Source of the DNA: Promethearchaeota archaeon
Lineage (GTDB): Archaea; Asgardarchaeota; Lokiarchaeia; Sigyniarchaeales; SOKP01
Assembly: GCA_048941285.1 (NCBI GenBank)
Contig: JBHLNS010000060.1
Location: 1 to 17,825, forward strand
Reading direction: 5' to 3'
DNA length: 17,825 nt
A model generated the notes under the pieces. That model searched no databases, had not been told where the DNA came from, and saw only the letters and a list, made by a program, of their open reading frames with translations. A program made the translations under genes and the position numbers. This document shows, piece by piece, positions 1 through 9,108 of the stretch (within the stretch, counting starts at the first letter, position 1; every line of letters begins with the position of its first letter).

Positions 1-422
1 ATCTCATTGCAGTCTTCTTTTTTAATTTGTAAATTTTCGGAGTTTACTAAATCGAGCTTATTTCCAACAAGTACACTGCTAAAATTTTCAATTATTTTTT
101 CAATCTCATCTTTCCAGTATCTAAGATTTAAAAGGGTATTTTTATCTGTTAAATCAAATACATAAACTATCCCTTTTGCTCCTTTATAAAATTCCTGCCT
201 AACCCATTTAAAACGCATCTGACCAGCTAAATCCCATATTTGTAAAGTTATTAGATTACTAATGTTAGGAATTTTGACCCGTTTTACAAAAAAATTAGAA
301 CCTATTGTAGATGCTACATTCGGGGCAAACCTTCTTTCTAAATATTGATGGAGTAGTGTTGTTTTGCCAATTGCATAATCTCCAACTATACAAATTTTGA
401 AAAGAGAAAGTTTTAAACCCAT
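1..422 (-). CDS. Rab-like small GTPase (Ras superfamily), 3' end truncated by window edge
   Basis: Manual translation from ATG at 422-420: MGLKLSLFKICIVGDYAIGKTTLLHQYLERRFAPNVASTIGSNFFVKRV...TLQIWDLAGQMRFKWVRQEFYKGAKGIVYVFDLT...VLVGNKLDL. It has G1 GxxxxGKT, G2 Thr (STIG), G3 WDLAGQ and G4 NKLD. No stop before position 1. Not in the supplied ORF track. Confidence 0.95.
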   Translation of the reverse strand, partial: MGLKLSLFKICIVGDYAIGKTTLLHQYLERRFAPNVASTIGSNFFVKRVKIPNISNLITLQIWDLAGQMRFKWVRQEFYKGAKGIVYVFDLTDKNTLLNLRYWKDEIEKIIENFSSVLVGNKLDLVNSENLQIKKEDCNE

Positions 423-517
423 TTTTTTATCTTATTACATTCTTATCTAAATATTAATGCGAACTCAATTTAATAAATTTATAGCTCAAAATTTATGAAA
501 AAAATGAGAATATTTAA

Positions 518-736
518 TTAATACTTTTTTTTCATCCATATTACATATTGGATTCTTGTTATTAATAATATACCTGCAAGCAAAAGAGCAATGCTAATTG
601 ACATTAACAAAGGAGATGCATTTTCAGGTGAATTTAAAAAAATTATCATCCAAATTATCAGAAGCAAAATAGCAATAGATATAATTAAAAAAGCGATATT
701 TCTAAATTTCTTATCAAATTTATCCAATTCTTCCAT
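518..736 (-). CDS. small two-TM membrane protein, hypothetical
   Basis: 72 aa with two clear hydrophobic helices (IAFLIISIAILLLIIWMIIFL; LLMSISIALLLAGILLI), basic flanks and a short loop. Same strand as, and 95 bp upstream of, the GTPase. Confidence 0.7.
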   Translation of the reverse strand: MEELDKFDKKFRNIAFLIISIAILLLIIWMIIFLNSPENASPLLMSISIALLLAGILLITRIQYVIWMKKKY

Positions 737-854
737 TTTTTTAAAAATGGTAATTCGAAATTGTCAATTTAAATTTAATTAAACCTAATATAATTATTAA
801 AAAGAGAAAAAATATATAGATTCTATATTTACCCTATAATTTATTCTGGAAAAA

Positions 855-2924
855 ATGAATATACAGAAAGAAGGAATAGTATATACCCCAGAAAAAATAA
901 CAGATTTTATCACTAATATTACTGTTAGTAAATTTCTAATAGATAAATTAAATAACAAATTTTCAACCAAACTAACAAACATAGATAAGTTATTTGAAAA
1001 TTATATCCAAGAAGTAAATTTTAAGAAATTTTTCATCAATATCCCTATTAATGAAAATGATAGAGAGAAGTTTGAATACGTTATTGAAATCTTAAAGAGT
1101 TTAACAATTTTAGATCCTGCTGTAGGAAAGGGTCACTTTCTTATTTCCGTATTGAAAGTTTTGGAGAAATTTTTTCACGCATTAAAAATTTTAGAATTGC
1201 TAGATTGGACCGATTATAAAATCAGAGAATATATTATATCGAATACGTTGTATGGTGTCGATATTGAGGATGAAGCTATAAAAAATACAAAAAAGAGATT
1301 ATTACAAGCGCTAACAGATTTGGTTAAGGATACAAATAGTCCTTATACTTTACCCAATATTGATTCCAATTATAAAATAGGCAATGCAATAATTGGTTTT
1401 ACAAAGAATCCAGAAATCAAAAATCCCGATTATACTGACTTAACTGAATGTTTTTATAATGAAATTAAATGTGTATTTCAAACTCATATGGATTTAAAAA
1501 AGACTGAATTAAATGAAAAAAAAAAGAAAGAAATGTTCTATAATTTGAAACCGTTTCATTGGTTTCTAGAATTTCCAGATGTTATGTTAAAAGGAGGTTT
1601 TGATATCATCATTCAAAATCCTCCATACATTTCTAATAGAAAACTGACTGCGCTAGAGAAAGCGATATTTGAAAAGAGGTTTAAAACACCAAAAGGTTTA
1701 ATGAATACATTTGGAATATTTATTGAACGTTCAATTGAATTATGCCATTCATCTTCAAAAATCAGTAATATAGTCCACAAAAATTTGATACGTTCAAATA
1801 ATTATTACTTAATAAGGAAATTATTATTAAAGAATACTACAATTGAAGAGATCATTGATGTGGGGGCTGGAGCTTTTCAATCAATAACAGCCGAAACGGT
1901 AATTATAATAGTGGCAACGAGACCACCTTTAGATGACCACAAAATATTGATAAAAATCAAGTTTCCTTATCACAAATGTTTTTCTCCTGACAATCTATTA
2001 ATTAAGGAAATACCTCAAAAAATCTTTCTGGAACAAGAAAATTATAACATTAATTTAAACCTTCAATATGAAGAACTAGAAATTATTAACTTTATGAAAA
2101 GATATAGGGATAGTGAATTAAGGAGATATTTCGAAGCAAAAACCTGTATAGCTACTGGTAATGATAAGAAATTTTTAACAAATCATAAGATGAATGATTT
2201 CTATAAAAAGACCTTGAGAGGGAAGAATATAGGACGTTTTTACATGGAATTTGATAATTTGTATGTATATTATAATCCTAAAATGTTACATAGAGCAAGA
2301 AATGAAAGTATATTTCTGAAACCAGAAAAATTAATAATGCAAACAATTAGTTCAGATCTTACTGTAGCTTATGATGATCAGAATTATTATCCCTTAAGTA
2401 CTTGTATTTCAATTATACCAAAAGAAGGAACAAATAAAGACATTAGCATAAAATATCTTCTACTTTTAATGAATTCAAAACTTATGAACTTTTATTACGA
2501 TTTTGTATTCAACTTAGGCGCACATTTAACAATAGAGATTTCAGTGAATAATATTAATAAATTACCAGTTATGTTACAGGAAGATTATAGAATTTTTAAT
2601 ATATTGTCAGAGATTATGATAATTCTCAACAGTAAAACTTTAAGAAAACAAAGTAAAAAATATATATCATTCTTTGAGGAATTGATAAATCTTGTAATCT
2701 ATGAGGTTGTATTTATCAAAAAATTTCAATTAGATGGCTTGAATATATGTTTAATTAACAGATTGTCTCAATATTTAATTGATATGAATTTAAGTTCGAT
2801 AGAAAAGATTCAAGAATGCATTGTAAAAATACAAAACGATCAATTTATTTATCTTGAGTCCCAAAAAATTAAAAATCATCTATGGGTGAAAATTATAGAA
2901 AAATATTTTGCTAAAAATGGTTAA
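855..2924 (+). CDS. N6-adenine DNA methyltransferase, gamma class (Eco57I/TaqI-like) with C-terminal target recognition domain
   Basis: Motif X GIVYTP, SAM-binding motif I ILDPAVGKGHF, LYGVDI, FHWFLEFPDV and catalytic motif IV FDIIIQNPPY. The C-terminal KLIMQTIS...AYDD...YLLLLMNSKLMNFYY...INKLP segment resembles a TaqI_C specificity domain. Confidence 0.92.
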   Translation: MNIQKEGIVYTPEKITDFITNITVSKFLIDKLNNKFSTKLTNIDKLFENYIQEVNFKKFFINIPINENDREKFEYVIEILKSLTILDPAVGKGHFLISVLKVLEKFFHALKILELLDWTDYKIREYIISNTLYGVDIEDEAIKNTKKRLLQALTDLVKDTNSPYTLPNIDSNYKIGNAIIGFTKNPEIKNPDYTDLTECFYNEIKCVFQTHMDLKKTELNEKKKKEMFYNLKPFHWFLEFPDVMLKGGFDIIIQNPPYISNRKLTALEKAIFEKRFKTPKGLMNTFGIFIERSIELCHSSSKISNIVHKNLIRSNNYYLIRKLLLKNTTIEEIIDVGAGAFQSITAETVIIIVATRPPLDDHKILIKIKFPYHKCFSPDNLLIKEIPQKIFLEQENYNINLNLQYEELEIINFMKRYRDSELRRYFEAKTCIATGNDKKFLTNHKMNDFYKKTLRGKNIGRFYMEFDNLYVYYNPKMLHRARNESIFLKPEKLIMQTISSDLTVAYDDQNYYPLSTCISIIPKEGTNKDISIKYLLLLMNSKLMNFYYDFVFNLGAHLTIEISVNNINKLPVMLQEDYRIFNILSEIMIILNSKTLRKQSKKYISFFEELINLVIYEVVFIKKFQLDGLNICLINRLSQYLIDMNLSSIEKIQECIVKIQNDQFIYLESQKIKNHLWVKIIEKYFAKNG

Positions 2925-2926
2925 TA

Positions 2927-4027
2927 TTATAACAAAGACAATCTTTCTTCTCGAATTTCATTTCTTAGATTATTTATTTCTACAACTAATTTGTTTCTTT
3001 TTTGTAACCATTCATTCAGATGTTGATCTAAAGTATTTCGACTATTATTAAGCTGATAAAGTGCGTTTTCAGCCCGTTCTCTTGTTCGAGTTATTTTAGT
3101 ATTACCAAACATATCAAAGAAAAAATTATCAAAAAACATATCAAAAAATAAGTTTGGAGCTTCAAAATCAATATAAATATCATCAATAACATCAACTAAA
3201 TCTTTCGCTCGTCTTACCAGACTTTGAGCTTGATTTATTTCATTGCGTGCCTTATCTAGATTACCATGTTTCATTGAATCAACAAAGAAGCCCCCTCCAA
3301 AAAAAGTATCCCATGTGCCAAGACCCTCTGCTGATCTTAGACTATTTGCTGAATTCTGGAGATAATTTCCTGCTTCTTCTAAAAGAGAATCAGCTTGTTT
3401 AAATCTACTTTCAATGTCTTTTACTTTTGCGATCTCCTGTTGTATCTTTCCATAATGTTGTTCTAACTTTTTTAGATTATCAGTTTCCTTACCTGTTGTT
3501 ATTTGAGTTAAAATCTTTTCCATTTCAGCTTCTATAGCTGGGATTTTTGATTTTAATTCTTGAATTTGAGTAATTTGTTTTTGAATATTTTGGACATCTT
3601 CCACGAGGATTTTATATTCTTTTTCTACATATTCGAAATTTGCTAAAGCTTCTAGGTATTCTGTTTCTTCTCTTCGTTTTCTGTCGTCTAATTCTCCGCT
3701 TAGGCGCGCTTTTAAAGAAGAAAAACTTACTTTTAAAAGAGAATCATAATCTTTTTTTTCCTTTAGCATTACATTACGGACCATTTGAAGTTGATTATGT
3801 TTTTGATCTCTTGATTGCACTAATCGATTTAAATAAGCATTTTTCGAATTTAATGTGCTTAATTCATCATTAATGTCCTCTAATTCAAACTCTAATTCAT
3901 GATAACGATTAAGTCCTTCAGATTCACTAATCCATTTAGTAGCATTTTCTTTTCTGATTCTTATCCCACATTGTTCACAATAGATTGCAGAGTCGTCAAT
4001 TTTTTGACCACAATTATGACAAAACAA
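2927..4027 (-). CDS. N-terminal zinc-ribbon, long coiled-coil protein of unknown function
   Basis: TTG start; FCHNCG...YCEQCG zinc ribbon; extended heptad-rich helical body; two Phe-rich segments (WDTFFGGGFF, LFFDMFFDNFFFDMFG). Confidence 0.85.
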   Translation of the reverse strand: MFCHNCGQKIDDSAIYCEQCGIRIRKENATKWISESEGLNRYHELEFELEDINDELSTLNSKNAYLNRLVQSRDQKHNQLQMVRNVMLKEKKDYDSLLKVSFSSLKARLSGELDDRKRREETEYLEALANFEYVEKEYKILVEDVQNIQKQITQIQELKSKIPAIEAEMEKILTQITTGKETDNLKKLEQHYGKIQQEIAKVKDIESRFKQADSLLEEAGNYLQNSANSLRSAEGLGTWDTFFGGGFFVDSMKHGNLDKARNEINQAQSLVRRAKDLVDVIDDIYIDFEAPNLFFDMFFDNFFFDMFGNTKITRTRERAENALYQLNNSRNTLDQHLNEWLQKRNKLVVEINNLRNEIREERLSLL

Positions 4028-4180
4028 AATATTTACCAGTAATTTATTTATTTGATAATAAACATCTAAATGCTTTAATCTTCAAAAAATTTTGTGTATC
4101 TAAATTGAATAGTCTTTTTACCTTTTAGTATCGAAGTTAGTAAATCATAATAGGATTTATTAATTTGATATTAGTGTAGC

Positions 4181-4657
4181 ATGTCAAAAAATAAATCTTC
4201 ATCTCAAAAGATTAAATTAAAAATACAAATAAATAATTTAATAGCGATCTATGAACAAAAAGCAGAATGTGGAATATTTTTTAAGCTTGAACCGGAAAAA
4301 ACTCCTTTAGAGATCCTAGGAGTATTGGAATTTTTAAAAGACAGAATTAAGAAATGGGGAAATTCTAATATCTTCAGTTATAAAGGTAATCTATTTAAGC
4401 GGGGTTCTGTTCTTGTGGTTGGAGCAAGGAATTTGGAAGAAGCTTTAAGTATAATAATTTATATGTATTTAACCAATGTTATTGATAATGAACAAGCAAT
4501 TGAAAGTCTAATCGAAAAATTAGGCTCATTTAGTGATCTTGAAGAGTTTTTAAGAAATCTAATTTCAAAAACCATTGAAATTGGATATCCGAATAATCCA
4601 GATTTGGAATTAAAATTAAAAGATCACATAAACAACATAATTTATGACTATGATTAA
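4181..4657 (+). CDS. hypothetical soluble protein
   Basis: 158-aa ATG ORF that fills the gap between flanking genes, with normal globular composition. No motif recognised. Confidence 0.75.
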   Translation: MSKNKSSSQKIKLKIQINNLIAIYEQKAECGIFFKLEPEKTPLEILGVLEFLKDRIKKWGNSNIFSYKGNLFKRGSVLVVGARNLEEALSIIIYMYLTNVIDNEQAIESLIEKLGSFSDLEEFLRNLISKTIEIGYPNNPDLELKLKDHINNIIYDYD

Positions 4658-4663
4658 AAGAAT

Positions 4664-5932
4664 TTAAACACTGAATTTTTTTAAATTAAATTCTTTTCTT
4701 TTAACATTTCGGGAAATTAAAATTAGGAATATTAAAATTACGGGACCTAGAAATGTTAAAAACCAATGTATTCCATATAGATATATTTCAATGACATATC
4801 CAGCGACGATTGGGGTTAAACCAAAACCTATTCCTACTATTATTTCATTTATTGTAGAATATTTTGATGTGTTTTCCGCAGTCCCGTATTCAAGCATAAT
4901 TTTCATTCCAACACCATGAATTAATCCTAAAAATAACCCAACAACGGGAGTTATAATAGATATATACCAAATATCTCCTATTAGGGCAATAGTAAAGGTA
5001 ATTATAGCAATTGTTATAACACTCAATAATGAGGATATCTTTCTAGTATATACTTTCATGTTATTTATCCAAGTCAAACCAAGAAGTTGGAAAAATTGTA
5101 CTCCACATTGTATAATGTAAGTGAGATAAGAAAAATCATCAGATAATAAGTGATCTACAAGGAATTGATATCCGAAAATAAATATTGATTTTGATATTGC
5201 TAAAAACATTATACTGACCCAAGAAAAAAGAACGGAGTATACAATCATGGGCGTTTGTGAATTAACAGCTAAATCTTCTTTAATATCCAAGTGAGAAAAT
5301 GGATCTTCGGATTGATAAATTACAATTTCCTTTAATTTATCTGGCTTTTTTTCTTTCTTAATGAAGAAACTTATAGGGATTAATAGAAATGATAATAACC
5401 AAGAAATTATCATAGCTAAAAAATCACTCCAAGTAAATGCCCAAACAAAACCAACAATAAGGCCAATAATAAAGCCAGAATTCCATGAAAGATTAAATAA
5501 TGCGAAATTCTTTTTTGATTTTTCAATACTGCTTATTTTTTGCCATCTACTTAATAAATTAAGGCAGTTCGGCCAAAAAAATCCTAATGTTAATCCTAGT
5601 AAAACCCGACTTACAATTAAAAACCACGCCTCAGGATATACTATTTGAAGTCCAGTTAAAAGTGGTGTTAATATTGAAGTTAAAATAAGAGCATTTCTGG
5701 TTCCTAGATATTTTTTTGTAATAATTTGTCCTAGCAATGGAGCAAAAATATAAGTAATTGCTCCTGTTGAAGAAATAAAACCTAATACACTCGGTTCAAT
5801 ACTTATCTCCCATAATAAATAATTTGATAATGCTCTTTCAAAGATAGATACATAAAATAATCTAACAAAAGCTAAAAGAAAAATTGGCCAAGCTTGGTAA
5901 TTTTTTGATGATTGATTATTTATTATGTTCAT
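4664..5932 (-). CDS. MFS transporter
   Basis: 422 aa with about 12 hydrophobic helices in 6+6 arrangement and a charged central loop. Degenerate motif A (GQIITKKYLGTRN) and the TM4 RVLLG motif are present. Confidence 0.88.
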   Translation of the reverse strand: MNIINNQSSKNYQAWPIFLLAFVRLFYVSIFERALSNYLLWEISIEPSVLGFISSTGAITYIFAPLLGQIITKKYLGTRNALILTSILTPLLTGLQIVYPEAWFLIVSRVLLGLTLGFFWPNCLNLLSRWQKISSIEKSKKNFALFNLSWNSGFIIGLIVGFVWAFTWSDFLAMIISWLLSFLLIPISFFIKKEKKPDKLKEIVIYQSEDPFSHLDIKEDLAVNSQTPMIVYSVLFSWVSIMFLAISKSIFIFGYQFLVDHLLSDDFSYLTYIIQCGVQFFQLLGLTWINNMKVYTRKISSLLSVITIAIITFTIALIGDIWYISIITPVVGLFLGLIHGVGMKIMLEYGTAENTSKYSTINEIIVGIGFGLTPIVAGYVIEIYLYGIHWFLTFLGPVILIFLILISRNVKRKEFNLKKFSV

Positions 5933-6054
5933 TGAAAATTGATAATAATGCAGTATTAATTATTGAGACCTTTATCCATAAAATTTAAAAAAAAAAATTG
6001 TACTTTCCTCATATACTTTTTTAAACAAAGAATCGATGAGGATTGTCTTGTTTT

Positions 6055-6672
6055 TTAGTTTTTCTTAAATCTAGGGATAAACATTGGAACTCTTTTCATG
6101 TAATCCTCGTACTCTTTACCGAATTCTTTAATCAATTCTCTCTCTTCCTTCCAGGAAATTAAAAAGTTTAATAAAATAATTATTGGAGTCGTTATTAAAG
6201 AAAAAATAGCAGATAAAAGAATTGTAATTCCAATATGCGCTACGACTCCTCCAAAATATTGAGGATGCCTAATTACAGAATATAAACCTCTTGAAATGAC
6301 TTTTTCGGGTCTATGTGTTTCAGCTACCTTTAAAGTAACTTTCTTCACACCTCCAATTCCAAACCATATACCTATTATGATAAAGGGAATTGATAGAATA
6401 AGATGTAGTATTGATATTGATATATTAATGACTGGAATATTAAATGTTAAGTTTTCAAATATGGGTATAACAAATCTAGGTTGAGGTGAAAGCCAAACAC
6501 CAAACCAGAATAAAAAAAAACCCCATCCAGAAATGAAACTTAAAATAATACCTATTTTAGTTCCTTTCTCCTTTCCATATTTCTGATGTAATCTTAAATG
6601 TTCTACAGATAAAAAATGAAATGGTATCATAAAACACATACCCAAAATTGATATTATAAACAAGAGACACAT
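6055..6672 (-). CDS. isoprenylcysteine carboxyl methyltransferase (ICMT/Ste14/PEMT-like) family membrane methyltransferase
   Basis: Multi-TM protein with the family signatures GLYSVIRHPQY and EERELIKEFGKEYEDYMKRVPMFIP. Confidence 0.9.
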   Translation of the reverse strand: MCLLFIISILGMCFMIPFHFLSVEHLRLHQKYGKEKGTKIGIILSFISGWGFFLFWFGVWLSPQPRFVIPIFENLTFNIPVINISISILHLILSIPFIIIGIWFGIGGVKKVTLKVAETHRPEKVISRGLYSVIRHPQYFGGVVAHIGITILLSAIFSLITTPIIILLNFLISWKEERELIKEFGKEYEDYMKRVPMFIPRFKKN

Positions 6673-6972
6673 TATTATATTCTTTAAAAATTATAATTTC
6701 TGTTCAATCTATTATAAATATTAATTAAATTCTATATTAAATTATTTTCGAACCATACAACTGAGATAGAAAATTATTATCATTTGCTACAAAATAATCA
6801 CTCTTTCAAACTTTAATTGTATCCGTTAATTAGATTGAAAATTGACCATTTAATGCAAGAATTGTTTTAACTTGTTTATATTTTTTTTAGCATAAACTTA
6901 TTATTATCTAATCCTTAAGAATCTTAATTGGTACAATTTTGACCGAATGTAGATAATAATATGGTCGTATCA

Positions 6973-7227
6973 ATGGGAAAAGGAACTGTAAAATGGTTTG
7001 ATAAGAAAAAAGGCTATGGCTTTGTTACGCCAGATGATGGATCTGCTGACATATTTATTCATTATTCTGCGATTCAAGGGGATGCTGAAGAATTTAAGAT
7101 TGTTTATGAAGGGGATATTGTAGAATATCAAATTACAGAGGGAAAAAAAGGGCCACAAGCTAGTAATGTTAAAATAATTGAAAAAGGACCACGAACAAAT
7201 ACCCGTAGCCGCAAATCTTTTTATTAA
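6973..7227 (+). CDS. csp: cold-shock domain protein (CspA family RNA chaperone) with basic C-terminal tail
   Basis: GTVKWF, RNP1 KGYGFV, RNP2 IFIHYS and [10 protein letters not shown]. The start at 6973 (MGKGTVKWF) fits family length; an in-frame ATG also exists at 6961. Confidence 0.95.
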   Translation: MGKGTVKWFDKKKGYGFVTPDDGSADIFIHYSAIQGDAEEFKIVYEGDIVEYQITEGKKGPQASNVKIIEKGPRTNTRSRKSFY

Positions 7228-7319
7228 TTAGTTAGGATATTAATTAAAAAAAGAACGAATGGTATAAATATAAGGAATTATGGAAGATATGAAATATATG
7301 AAAATGAGTTTTTGAACTT

Positions 7320-7361
7320 AGATTTAATAGTATTTTAAATCTTACAGATTCCCTTTTTTTT
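7320..7361 (+). terminator. candidate terminator after csp: 8-bp hairpin followed by T8 tract
   Basis: AGATTTAA (7320-7327) and TTAAATCT (7335-7342) form an inverted repeat, followed by a T-run at 7354-7361, in the convergent csp/RNase J intergenic gap. The stem is AT-rich and could be chance. Confidence 0.3.
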
Positions 7362-7414
7362 ATTTTTAGTATAGGTTGTTTCAATATATCAGTGATTTCA
7401 TCTACAAGGCATCA

Positions 7415-8935
7415 TTATATTTTATAAGTCTCATGGTCTTTTAAGAGAACAGCATTATCAAATTTTTCAATAAACCAATCAGGATTATCGGTATGTACTG
7501 GAAGTATTATCTCAGGGTCAACAATTTCTATAGCTTTAATTAAATCAGATTTTGAGGCGTGTCCAGAAGCATGGTATCCCTCCATAAATTTAGGTTTAAG
7601 CCGATCCCCTTCTTCAATTATCTCGAATCCGATTATTTCTAGGTTAAGATGTTTTAACCAGTTGTATAACCTAATAAAATCGAAGGTACTCTCTTCCTCG
7701 AAGGCCTCCGATGAAGAATATATATAAGTTCCGTGGTTTGGTTGAATATCCAATAAATTTTTTAAATCAAACAAAGAAAAACAAATTAGATATTTATCTT
7801 GTTGCTTAGAGATCTCAATTGGGTCGATATATTTAATATCGGAATTTTCATTTAGAAGTATTTTTTCCCAATTCTGTTTAACACTTTTTAATTCCCCATA
7901 AACTACAAGATCTTCTATAATTTTCACACCGTTAGCCTTTTCAAGAGCATTAAGTAGGTATATATCTTTAGCAGTAACAACTAGAGATCTTCCTATTCTT
8001 TTTGCTATTTGATTAAAAATTTCTAACCGCTCAAAATTGCGCGCTGTGAAATCCGCCACTATTAAGCCTTTTGATTCTTCAGCTATTTTTAAACAGTTAT
8101 TATATACTATATCTTCTGATTCATCAACATCTTCTCTTGCTGCTCTTGTTCCTTCAATTATTAGAATAGAAGCATCTTTTGCATTTCGAAAAAATATTTC
8201 ACTTTTTTTCCCTTGTTTTCCATGCAAACGGAAATCTCCCGTATAAGCTATAATATTGTCTCCATAAATTAAATACCCCGTAGCTCCATAAATAGAATGG
8301 TCAACTTCGAAAGCTTTAATTTGCATATTAAAAGACCCACTTTCTATATTAGAAATCGTTCCTTCAATGAATTCTTTTCTTGGCTTGACAGATCTAATAA
8401 GAAAATCATTAAATGATTCTGAAAAGTCGTCAATACATACCAGGTCTCTACATATTTCTTTGCCTCTGTGTGATTCTAAAACTCTTCCGTTATCTTTTGG
8501 ATTTTTAGGTGAATAATAAGCAACATCAGAACCTAGCTTTGCAGAAGTAGTATCTAACATAGCTTTAAGAAGTAATAATGTTGTTGCAGAAGCTATTATA
8601 GGGTATTCTGGTTTAAGTAATCCAATATTGCCGCAATGATCCATATGAGCATGACTAATTGCTATTCCTTCTACATTCAAAGATCGAAATAATGAAGTAT
8701 CCAAATCAGATGGAATTAAATCTTTTCGATAAATATTGAGTTTAGGAATTAAGTTTAAGTTGATTAAATCATAGATTCCCCTTGAAGATCGAGGGAGAAG
8801 GTATTCCTGAAAAAACTTTCCGTATTTTTTAAAATTCATACCAAAATCGAGAAATAATCCTTTCCCATTTTCTTCTAAATATATTTTATTTCCTCCAATC
8901 GTATCGTTACCATCAAATATTTGTATGGAAGTCAT
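7415..8935 (-). CDS. RNase J-like metallo-beta-lactamase/beta-CASP hydrolase
   Basis: IGGNKI, LDFG, HxHxDH motif (SHAHMDH), VDHS, YTGDFR, IEGT and C-terminal HASGHA and PVH motifs typical of beta-CASP ribonucleases. Confidence 0.9.
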   Translation of the reverse strand: MTSIQIFDGNDTIGGNKIYLEENGKGLFLDFGMNFKKYGKFFQEYLLPRSSRGIYDLINLNLIPKLNIYRKDLIPSDLDTSLFRSLNVEGIAISHAHMDHCGNIGLLKPEYPIIASATTLLLLKAMLDTTSAKLGSDVAYYSPKNPKDNGRVLESHRGKEICRDLVCIDDFSESFNDFLIRSVKPRKEFIEGTISNIESGSFNMQIKAFEVDHSIYGATGYLIYGDNIIAYTGDFRLHGKQGKKSEIFFRNAKDASILIIEGTRAAREDVDESEDIVYNNCLKIAEESKGLIVADFTARNFERLEIFNQIAKRIGRSLVVTAKDIYLLNALEKANGVKIIEDLVVYGELKSVKQNWEKILLNENSDIKYIDPIEISKQQDKYLICFSLFDLKNLLDIQPNHGTYIYSSSEAFEEESTFDFIRLYNWLKHLNLEIIGFEIIEEGDRLKPKFMEGYHASGHASKSDLIKAIEIVDPEIILPVHTDNPDWFIEKFDNAVLLKDHETYKI

Positions 8936-9108
8936 TTTTCAGACTATTTTATTTTATTTATTTTTTATAATCTTTTGAATCGAAAAACAATTATTCACAA
9001 ACTACTTTATTTTCAATTTTATTGAAATTATGAAAAGATATTGTTCTTTTACTCTATGAATTAATTTAAATGACTTATTATATATTTTTTTATTAACATT
9101 ATAAGATA

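Noticed and set aside
591-982. ORFs 591..782 (+) and 797..982 (-)
   Set aside because: They are antisense shadows of the two-TM gene and of the methyltransferase 5' end, with no motifs.
7272-7315. Met-rich micro-ORF MEDMKYMKMSF (7280-7315) preceded by AAGGA
   Set aside because: Only 11 codons, explained by a short (G/T)ATATGAAA tandem duplication. No co-oriented downstream gene exists for it to act on as a leader peptide.
855-8935. Possible defence island (methyltransferase plus MBL nuclease plus coiled-coil protein)
   Set aside because: The genes alternate strands and are interleaved with transporters. I saw no integrase, ATPase, restriction nuclease, flanking repeats or visible compositional shift.
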